Translations under genes and position numbers: made by a program | Shown: positions 13,746 through 24,724 of the stretch, piece after piece | How the letters are laid out: the number at the start of each line of letters is the position of its first letter | How positions within the stretch are numbered: the first letter of the stretch is position 1 | The notes under the pieces: generated by a model | What the model saw: the letters and a program-made list of their open reading frames with translations, nothing else | Told to the model about the DNA's origin: nothing | Database searches by the model: none | NCBI GenBank assembly: GCA_015680685.1 | Contig: MNCI01001310.1 | Location: 154,976 to 218,975, forward strand | DNA from: Gnetum montanum | Taxonomy: Eukaryota > Plantae > Gnetophyta | DNA: 64,000 nucleotides | Direction: 5' to 3'

Positions 13746-16700
13746 TCACATCCAACATTTGATGGTGCCAAAGGGGGCATCTAGAAGAGGAGGTGGTGGT
13801 GCATCTTCATTGTCATCACCTACACCACTAGAGTGAACAACATCATAAAATGCCTGTAAGATAGCAACACTCAACTAGTTAGTGACCATTATAACCAAAA
13901 GTGTAACATGAACTTGGCAAAACAAAACACATAAAACTAAAAAGAAAAACTAAAGCTTAAAAAATGTAAAATGTAAAAGTCACCATACTTGTGGAGAATC
14001 CAGCTCTGAAAACTCTTGGGAAAGATGATGAAGGCTAGTCTCTAAATGGTGGAGAATATGGTCTTCTATCATATTGGCCCAAATAATGTCCCCTAAATTG
14101 ATGCCCATGAGGATGTTTGTTCTATCCACACCTATCCCTAATGGTGACTCCCATGAGATTGTATACATAACAATCTCATCTACAACTATGATGATCTATG
14201 GAGTAGAAGACTCAACCACTATCAGAGTGCTTTCAAAGAGGTTGAAAGCACTCTCAACTTGAATGAATTGAATAAACATCTCTCTTTTGCCACTTGGTTG
14301 TCTCCTTCTTCAACCATTTCAAATAGGCATCTTGATTGACCTCGTACTTGCACTTATGGTCCCTTTAGGTCTTACCCCACTCTCGGACCCAAGCATAATA
14401 ATCTTTCCAATCCTGTGCCTTTTAAGAGATCAAGTCCATCTACATTTGTTGCTCATGCAACTCTCAAGAAACAGCAATCTTATCATCGATAATGTGCTAG
14501 TAGTAGGCCCATGTGATCTCTTTTATCTATAAGGCCCCCAAGTTCTCCACTTGGACATCTAAGAAAGCCTTACACTCCTCAAGATCCTAGATCCTCTCAA
14601 CTTACCTTTTATTTTTGTCCTTCAAGGCTAGAACCTACTCCCATAGGGATTCATTAGACCTTTGAATGTCCCATGAAGCGTTAGCATATGAAACCACTAG
14701 ATTAGTGGTAGTTTCGTAAAGCTTCAATGGGACATGTGTGGTGTCAAAAGGACGTTTAGGCAAGGAATTGAATTCCATGTCTTAGGTTGGGTCCCATGTG
14801 ACTGATGGCACTAAAACAACAAAAATAATAATCTTAAACTCAATATACACTATAGTCATAACATAAAATACATCTCATAGTAAAATGACTAAAGCATAGC
14901 AAAACATAGTTCTTACTAATTTCAGGTGCAACCTGTTGCAACCAACTAACGATGTCCTTTGCCATCTTGTCTGGGAGCTCTACCCATGATTGCAAGTGAA
15001 ACTTAGGTACAAGGGCCTCCACTGCTAGTTCAAGAACTATGATAAGCATAACAATTACTGGATAAGTAAGAACTCTAAAATCAAACATAAAACTATAGGC
15101 AATAATAAGTAGAGAATAAGTATACTTGTGCTCTCCACTTCCGTCTCATGATCATCTTCATCATCATTGAAGATTTTGATCAGAAACTCTCCAGGTAGTG
15201 ACCCACCAAATAAGGCATCAAGATCACCCATCTTTTATTACAAGAGTGCCTCCTCTACACACCTCTATTCTTCCTCTACCACAACCCTATGCCTCTACTC
15301 TTCCTCTTCGGCACACCTGTGTGCCTCCTCTATTTGCCTTTGTTCTTCTTCTACAATGGCAACTTGGGTTGCTAGGTTCTGTCATTGATCTATGGCCATA
15401 AACCATTAAATAAATTAACATGAATAGCCATAGAAAAAAACATAACTAAAACAAGAAAAAAAAACATAGTAGAAGTATACATATGACTGTCTGGTCCAAG
15501 CATGGGATCTTTAAGACAATCTTTTTCTTGGAGGATGGCTCTGCTACTGGTGGTGCTTTCTCTGCAGGCCTCTTCAGGCTAGCCCTAATTTCTCTAACAA
15601 CTTCAGCACGTAACCATTGTGTCCTCTTAATGTTTGCTGGAAACATAAGAGGTACCTCATCCATGCTATCAAGGGATTCACACTGACTAACATTAAGAAC
15701 CTTGGGGGTCATGGATAGTGAATCTCTCATATCCTTCAGTGGGTTCTAGGTCCTCTTGGTTGGATAAAGATGCTTTATCCAAGGCCTGGAGAGTTTTCAT
15801 GGGTCCTAGTGCATCCATGATACACCTCTCTTCATCACCAAAAATTCTACAAACCTCTTCAAGTAGCTTGCAAAAAATTCATGGTGCATGTGGACTATTG
15901 TGGAAGAGTCTATGTGAATTTTGAGGATTTCCTCTTTGAGGCTTGCAGATAAGGAAGCAATCCAGTTAAAATAAATCCCCTTCATCATAACTTTCTTGAA
16001 GGTCCATCCCTACGTAACCCCAATCACCTTCTTTTGTGACAATAATTTAGAAAATACCCTAGATCGAAATAAGGGATAATACCCTTTTATGTCAAGGTTT
16101 GTAAAGCTACTACAAGCAAGATCAAAGTGGCCCTTGGTAGTACCAAGCCATTCCTCAACCTCTACATGGTGGCCTACCTCTTTCATCCATTTGGTGGCAA
16201 CTATCATCTCATCAACAGGAACACCAAATAAGTCATGGAAGGTAGACACACTAATGAAAATGGAAATGGATAAGGCTCGTACTGTGGCACAAAACACATC
16301 ACCTTTTTCATCAAAAGAATTGATGATGTTCAGCATCTCTGCAGAAGGGATGACAGGGTTAGATGCCATGAAGATCTCAAGTAAACCTACATGAGTAATT
16401 CTTGCTTGAATTTCTTTAGATGTATTCTTCCTTAACCATTCTTGTGCTAGACCCACCTCACCAAACTTTAGCATGAGATTCTTCGCAAAACATCCAATGA
16501 GGGGTATGATAACATCTGCAAAACTGGAAAGCCCTATAAGCAAAACACAAGTGTTTGGCATCAAAACAACTATGTTTTAGCCATAAGAAAATTAAAGCCT
16601 AAGTAACCATAAAACCTTTAACATAACAATATACCTAATTTCTCACTCTTCTTCTTCTTGCTTAGATAGGCTTGTGTGGATGTCCCAGTGATAATACCAA

Positions 16701-18985
16701 AATCTCTGATATCCTTAGGGGTCGCCCACCAATTATGTCCTAGTTTGGCAGCCACAATCTTCTTGTAAATAGGGTTAAATCTAGTTTGATATTCATCAAA
16801 ATCCCTCTTAGCTATTCAAAAACAACATATCTAATCTTGGGGCCCTTGGTGAATTCATTTAATGTAGTATGGGCTACTACCAAGGTTTGATCATTCTTGA
16901 TCAAACCTTGATAATTGACCCTATACCAATAAGATACATGTGAAACCAAAAAGTTAGCAGAAACAAAATTAAATGAGATAAAACCAAAACATTAAAACTT
17001 ATAACAGTCGTGCTTACCCATATAATCGTTACACAGTTCCTAGAGGATTCTAGAATAAGGAGTGTGCCACCATCAAAGTATTATTCATGTTGTATTATGA
17101 CTACTCTGGCATGCTCCAAATCTTTGAAAGGTATCATGGACTAATGAAATCTACCACTTCTCCTACTACTCGGGTCTCTAGTCCATTGGTTATAAACTGA
17201 GCAATCAAGCATCTGGACCTAGGTAGTAAAGTCTCCACAATGATTGCAACTACCTCCTTAGACAAGTGTCACCACATCATCACACTAAAGTGCTAGAGAA
17301 TATAGGCAAGGAAGTCCTTGGCTCCTAGGCAAAACCACACTAATGTCTTCTCCAATGCCAAGTTAGGAAGATGGATATGGTTTGTAGGTTGACCAAGATA
17401 GCAGACAAAGCTAACCAACTCAACCACAATGAGCATTAGCTTGAGCAAGATCCTACAAGGGGAAAGTATTAAAAAAAAATATTAACACAACATTTCAACA
17501 CTTAGAATTTATTAACAAATTTTACACATCCTAGTCAAGGGTGAAATTAGCTTCCATAAAAATCTCTAGGGTGTTGGTTTAATTTTGCGTAAGAAAATTC
17601 ACAAAAAAATGAATATATTGTTACAACCTCTCCTAGAATTTATATCATAGCCAAAACCATCATAACAAAACATCACAACCAAAATGATGCCTTGGCTCAA
17701 AATATGTATTTAGAAAAAGCATTAAAACATAGAAAAAGTGGCCATACTAGACATAAGTTAAAAATTTGCTAAAAATAGTAAAAACCTTTTTTCTTCAAAA
17801 AAAACACACACACAAAAATTTACAACATAATTTGCAAAAGAAAATCCCCAAGAGCATGGAGGTTGATAATTCCAACTATGACAACCACATCTATCCTCAA
17901 AGAGGTAAAGTGCTACAACCAAATTTAGACCAATCACCATAAAATTTGTAAAAAATTCATCTTCGCTTCAATTTCAATGATTCCACCACAGAAGGAACCC
18001 TAAAATCATGAACTTTCTAGCCATGACCATTGCAACAAAAAACATGTAGCCCTTCTTACATAAAACATAGCCAGAAATAGAAAAAATGTAGCCATCACCA
18101 TTAACCCTCATTTGTGCAAGGTTAGGAAAAACTTCATTCGAGCTCCAAACGGAGTGATTCCATTGTTGTTTGAAAGCTTGAATCAAGCCCCATGCACCCA
18201 TACTCAATCCAAATTCAAAACTTTAGTTGTTTTTTCAAAAAAAATCATTAATTTTCATGAAAATCTAAAAAATGGCACAAATCCCTAAATGCACAACCAA
18301 ACTAAAATAGCCATAACTTGATCAATATAACTCCAAATTAAATAGGATCATAGCCATTACAAAGCTTAAACATAACACTAAAACCAAAAACATTAAATTT
18401 TGCAAAATCTAACCATTTTTCCAATAAAAAATGCACAACATAACTTGCTTTTCTAAAACCAAAAGCATAAAAAAACACAAATTTGACATTATGTAGCCAT
18501 AGATTATAGCCAAAATAGCCAAACCAACATCAACCCATCACAAAATGCACCAAAATAAGGTGGTAGGATTCCATTAGAATTTAATTTTAATGAATCCTTG
18601 GCCCTAGATCTACGTAAAATGGCCTCAACATGAGATTTTTAGATAAAGCACTTGAAAAAGCAAGCCTAATTTCAAAAATCTTATTTACCAAGGTGAAAAT
18701 AGAAAAATAACTCTAGATCCACATGAAAATGGCCAAAACATGACATGGGATTTTACTAAAATTTAATTTTATCAACTGTTTTTGACTAGAACTAAGAAAA
18801 AAAGCCTATTACCACCTAGAAAAAATAACAAAAATGTCTAGAACACTATGAAAAGGGTAAAGAATGGCCTACCTTAGAACTGATGAGGAGATCCCTTGGA
18901 TGGAAATGGCCTTAGGAAAGGTGAAGATCCTCTTGGTAGCCTCATATGATGCTTGGATGTGAGGATTCTTACTATTTTTCTTCAT
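13746..18985 (-). pseudogene. Antisense 8-exon gene inside the retrotransposon (~1070 codons; two plant-transposon/PMD-like domains followed by acidic/coiled-coil region), decayed
   Basis: Exons 18985-18873, 17452-17018, 16920-16635, 16533-15488, 15396-15126, 15057-14917, 14810-13989, 13853-13746. Six introns are GT-AG and one acceptor reads TG. Phases are compatible at every junction, with frameshifts inside some exons (e.g. exons 3 and 4). Most stops are C-to-T type (TAG/TAA/TGA). Confidence 0.75.
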
Positions 18986-20169
18986 GATGAATGCTTAATG
19001 TTGGAAGGAGACTTCAAATTTTAAGGGGGAAAAGCCTCAACACTAGCCAAGAGAGGGAGGAGAAGCTTCAATGCTGAGATTCCACAAGATCAGCTATAGT
19101 AATTAATGCCAAGACTCTCCTCCACTATTTTGATTAATAGAATGGTGGTTTGTGATGAGTTTGTACAAGTTTTCACATTAAAAATCCATAAAACCCAACG
19201 TTTCCACCCAAACCCTACTTGCTAATTCTATGTATGGCAACTCCACATACACTAAACTCTTAAGAGATGGAAAGTATCCTCCATGCTGGGAGTGAAGGGG
19301 GAGAAACCGAAACTACCTTTTTTTTAATTTTTTATTTTTAAAATTTGTAAAACCATGTGCTCCACCCTACACCCTCACACATGCTACTTTTTGGATTAGT
19401 AACTATGTCAATGTTGCGGTTCTAATCCCTTTAACACATAGAACCATACTTGAGCCTTAACCCCCATGCATCCACATTGGGGGTACGTGGATGCATGCCT
19501 TTCACCCCTCAAAACCATAAAAATTTAATTTTCTTGCCATTTTTAGCACTTTCAACTTGCACCATTCAACCCCAAGCTCTAAAAGGGGGGTCAAACTTTT
19601 CTAAAAAAGTCACTTTGGGTGTCCACCCTGGCTTACCTCCTAGGGGGGTTCAATATGGAATAAAGCAAGGTAACCCTCATTCATACCACCCCACACCCAC
19701 CACCACCCCCCCACCCACTAACCATCACACCCAGATCTCACCCCTAGAAGGGATCCACATAATCAAGAGCCTATCCAATCACTCCTAACAACCCTCAAAC
19801 CTTGGAAAACTTAGTCAAAAGTGATTAGAACCTTTCAATTTGGTGGTTCCATAGTGAGGGAAGGCCTCATCCATGCTAAGAACCTTGAACCTAGCATGAA
19901 TGGATGGGAGGTGGTACAAAATTCCATAGATCAACCACCTAGTTATCATGATTAACCTTCATACTCTTGAATAGCCTCCAATAGCCTAGCTCTTACATTC
20001 AAACAAGCCAATTTGCAATCTTGTATCATACCCCATGTTGGTGAATCCCCCCTCCATGCCATCTGGTGTGGGGCCAACATGGGGGTTTAAGGGGATATAA
20101 CATAGAAATCCTCTTCCCCAACCTCTAGTGACCATAGTTCTTGCATTGAGAACCTTGTTGCCCCTCCAC

Positions 20170-23100
20170 AATTTTTGGTAGTTGATAACCCCCTAGTTCT
20201 TACCCCCCCCCCCCCCCCTATAGGGGGAATCTCAACATGAAAAAAAGGTGGTAGCCTCAAATTTAATAAAAAAAAACCTTTAAAAGTGACCACTTTTGAT
20301 CTTGGGTAGTTTCTTACAACATCGGCAACTCTGGAAATGCACATGCATGTCCAAAATTGATCCAAATTTGTTAAAAATCAACCCCTTGGAGTCCTCCACA
20401 CTAACACCTCTTGGAGGGGGGGCTTAATGTGGAAATAAGGCTGTAACATAAAAAATTAATAAAAACCTTAAAATTAACAAGTTTTGATCTTGGGTGATGC
20501 CCAATAGCATCGGCAACCCTGGGAATGCACATGCATGTCCAAAACTTATTGAAATTTGTCAATTATCAGCCCCTTAGAGTCTTCCACACTGACACACCCC
20601 CCTAGAATGGGGGCTCAGTGTGGAAACAAGGGCATAATCCTAAAACTTAATGAAAAAGCCTTAAAATTAATAACTTTTGATGTTAGGCAATGTCTGACAA
20701 CATTGGTAACCCCAGGAATGCACATGCATGCCCAAAATTGATAAAAATTTGTCAAAAATTAGCCCCTTAGAGTCTTCCACATTGACACATCCCCCTAAAG
20801 GGGGGCTTAGCATGGAAACAAGGGGGTAACCCCAAAACTTAATCAAAAAGCCTTAAATTCAACAACTTTTGATCTTGGGTAGTGTTTGACAACCCCAAAA
20901 ATGTGCATGCATGTCCAAAATTGATCAAAATTTGTCAAAAATAATCCCCTTAGAGTTTTCCACCCTAACACACCCCCCTAGATGGGGGCATAGTGTGGAC
21001 ACAAGGGTATAACCCTGAAATTATTTAAAATGCCTTAAAATTAATAACTTTTCATCTTGGGTGATGCTCAGCAGCTTCGACAACCCTAGGAACACACATG
21101 CATGCCCAAAACTAATCAGAATTTATCAATCTTCAACCCCTTGAAATTTTCCACGCTAACATAACCTCCTAGAGGGGGGGCTTAGCGTGAAAATAAGGAG
21201 GTAACCTTGAAAATTCATAAAATAACTTTAAATTAATAAATTATGATCTTGGGCAGTGTCCAACAACTGTGGCAACCCTAGGAATGCACATGCATGTCCA
21301 AAGGTAATCAAATTTTGTTAAACATCAGCCCCTTAGAGGCTTCCAAACTGACATACCCCCTAGAGGGGGCTCATCATGGAAATAAGGGGGCAACCCTAAA
21401 AATCAACTTAAAAGCCTTAACATTAACAACTTTTAATCTTGGGTGATGCCCAGCAACTCCAACAAACCTGGGAATGCACATGCATGTCCAAGACTAATCA
21501 AAATTCATCAAAACTTAGTCCCTTGGGACCCTCCACATTAGCATAGCTTGTGGAGGAGGGGCTCAACATAGCTGCAAGAGGGTAACATAAAAAATTAATA
21601 AAATAACCTTAAAACTATTAACTTTTGATCTTGGGTAGTGTCCAACAGCTTTGGCAACCCTGGGAATGCACATACATAACCAAAACTTATTAAAATTTGT
21701 CAAAAATTAGTCCCTTAGGATCCTCCATGCTGACATACCCCTCTGGAGGGGGGAACCAGCATGGAAATAAGCGAGTAACTCCAAAAATTAACTTAAAACC
21801 CTTAAAATTAATAAGTTTTAATCTTGGGTGATGCCTAGTAGCATCAGCAACCCTAGGAATCCACATGCATGCCAAAAATTGATCAAAAATTATCAATTTT
21901 CAACCCCTTGTGATCCTCCACACTGACACACCTCTTGGAGGGGGCACTTAGCATGGAAAGAAGGGGGTAAGCTCAAAACTTAATCAAAAAACCTTAAAAT
22001 TAATAACTTTTGATCTTAGGTAGTGTCTAGAAACATGTGCAACCCCAAGAATGCACATGCATACTCAAAATTTGTTAAAAATTAGCCCCTTAGAGTCTTC
22101 CATTCTAACACACCCCCTTGAAGGGGGGGCTTAGCATGGAAATAAGGGGGTAACCCCAAAACTTAATCAAAAATCTTTAAAATTAAAAAATTTTGATTTT
22201 AGGTAGTGTCCAGCAACACTGGCAATCCCAAGAATGCATATGCATATCCAATATTGATTAAAATTTGTCAAAAATTAGCCCCTTAGAGTCTTCCATGCTA
22301 ACACACCCCCATGAAGGGGGAGCTCAGTGTGGAAACAAAGGCGTAACCCCAAAACTAATCAAAAAACCTTAAAATTGATAACTTTTGATCTTGGGTGATG
22401 TCCAATAGCTCTAGCAACCCTAAGAATGCACATGCATGTCCAAAACTAATCAAAATTTGTCAATATTCAACTTTTTGGAATCCTCCATGCTAACATACCC
22501 CTCTAGAGGGGGGCTCAGCATGGAAACAATGGGGCAACCTTGAAAATCCATAAAATAACTTTAAAGCTAACAACTTTTGATCTTAGGTAGTGTCCAATAG
22601 CACCAGCAACCCCGAGAATGCACATGCATGTCCAAAATTGATTAAAATTTGTTAAAAATCATCCCCTTAGAGTCTTCCACACTGACACACCCCCTAGAGG
22701 GGGGGCTCAATGTGAAAATAAGTGGGTAACCCCAAAACTTAATCAAAAATCCTTAAAATTAACACCTTTTGATCTTGAACAGTGTTCAACAGCACTAACA
22801 ACATCCCCCGCACACCCCCCACCNNNNNNNNNNNNNNNNNNNNNNNNNNNNNNNNNNNNNNNAAGGAATGCACATGCATGCCCAAAATTGATCAAAATTT
22901 GTCAAAAATTGGCCCCTTAGAGTCTTCCACACTAACACACCTCCTTGGAGAGGGGCTCAATGTGGAAACAAGGGGTTAACCCCAAAACTTAATCAAAAAG
23001 CCTTAAATTAATAACTTTTGATCTTGTTCAATGAATAGCATCTCCAACAACCCCAAGAATGTACATGCATGTCAAAAATTGATCAAAAGTTTTCAATATT

Positions 23101-24240
23101 CAATCCCTTAGAATCCTCCACACTAACATACCCCCTTAGAGGGAGGGTTCAATGTGGAATAAGGGGATAACCTTGAAAATCCATAAAATAACTTTAAAAC
23201 TGACAGCTTTTGATCTTGGGTAGTGTCTAGCAACTCCAGCAACCATAGGAGTGCACATGCATGCCCAAAGTTGATCAAAATTTGTTAAAAATCAATCCCT
23301 TGATGTCTTCCATGGTAACATACCCCCTAGAGGGGTGGGGGGCGCCTCAATGTGAAAACAAAGGGGTAAGCCTAAAATTCACTTTAGAGCCTTAAAATTC
23401 ACAACTTTTGATCTTGGGTGATGCCTAATAGCTCTAGCAACCCCAAAAATGCACATGCATGTCCAAGACTAATCAAAATTCATCAAAAATTAGCCCCTTA
23501 AAACCTTCCACATTGGCATACCCCCTAGGTGGGGGGCTCAATGTGGAAGCAAGGGGGTAACATAAAAAATCAATAAAATAACCTTAGAATTGACAACTTT
23601 TGATCTTGGAAAGTGTCCAGTAGCTTCAACAACCCCATGAAGTGCACATGCATACACAAAAATGATCAAAATTTATCAAAAATCAATCCCTTGGGATCCT
23701 CCATGATGACATACCACCTTGGAGGGGCAGCTCAGTGTGGAAATAAGGGGGTAACTTCAAAAATTAACTTAAAAACCTTAAAATTAACAACTTTTGATCT
23801 TGGGAGATGTCCAATAACTCCAACAACCCTAGGAATGCACATGCATGCCAAAAATTGATCAAAATTTGTTATAAATCAGCCCCTTGAAGTCTTCCACATT
23901 GACATACCCCCCTAGAGGAAGGGCTTAGTGTGGAAACAAGGGGTAACCTTGAAAACCAATTTAAAACCTTAAAATTGATAAGCTTTGGCCTTGGGTGATG
24001 CCCAGCAACACCAGTAACCCCAGGAATGCACATGCATGATAAAAACTCATCAAAACTAAGCCCCTTGAAACCCTCCTCACTAACATACCCCCTAAAGATG
24101 GGGCTTAGTGTAGAAGCTACGGAATCTCAACATAGAAGCTCCAAAACTCTTACTTTTAGGCCTAAAAAACCCAAAAACAACCCTGACGAATGTCCAAACC
24201 CATCTAATAGCCTTGCAACCCTAAAGCATGGCTTGCTAAG
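20170..24240 (+). repeat. Tandem array of ~192-bp monomers (about 20 visible copies, spans an assembly gap)
   Basis: Anchor gcacatgcatg recurs at ~20339, 20527, 20720 ... 23836, 24027 with 183-197 bp spacing; monomers carry an internal inverted repeat (TTCCACACTGA...TCAGTGTGGAA in the best copies). Confidence 0.95.
22824..22862. other. Assembly gap (39 N) within the tandem array
   Basis: Run of n characters. Confidence 1.
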
Positions 24241-24724
24241 GCCTAAAATCTGCAAAACTCAACCCTTTTTTGACCTATATTAGCCAAGTTTGACCATAGG
24301 CTACATGCTTTGCTTGATGTTTTAACTTGTTTTTGGCCTTATGTTGCATGGTTGAGCCTTATGACCTTCTTATAGCCTTTACATAGTCTTATACTTCCTT
24401 TATCTATTTTATTTTCCTTTTTTTAGCCCCTGATTAGTATCAAATAGTGGGGTTTGGCCTTCCCTAATGATTTTTTGACAACATGTGACCTTGGCTTACT
24501 ATGGCCTTAAAGTAGCATCATGGCCCAAAACTAGCAAAACCATGACCCTTGTTAGCCATTTGTAGCCTTATTTCTTGTATTTCCCCTTTTTTGACCTTTA
24601 TTTGACCCTTATAGCACTTTGTTTACTTGCTGTATAGCCTTGGATGACCTTGTTTGCACTAAAATAGCATGTATTTGCATGATTTTTATAGTTTTTTTAG
24701 CATAATTTATTCATTTTTACCTAG

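Noticed and set aside
22801-22823. C-rich insert in the array similar to 9151-9170
   Set aside because: Low complexity and adjacent to the N gap; likely poor-quality contig end.
20170-24240. CRISPR-like array (palindromic repeats at regular spacing)
   Set aside because: The whole ~192-bp monomer repeats, there are no unique spacers or cas genes, and the context is a plant retrotransposon.
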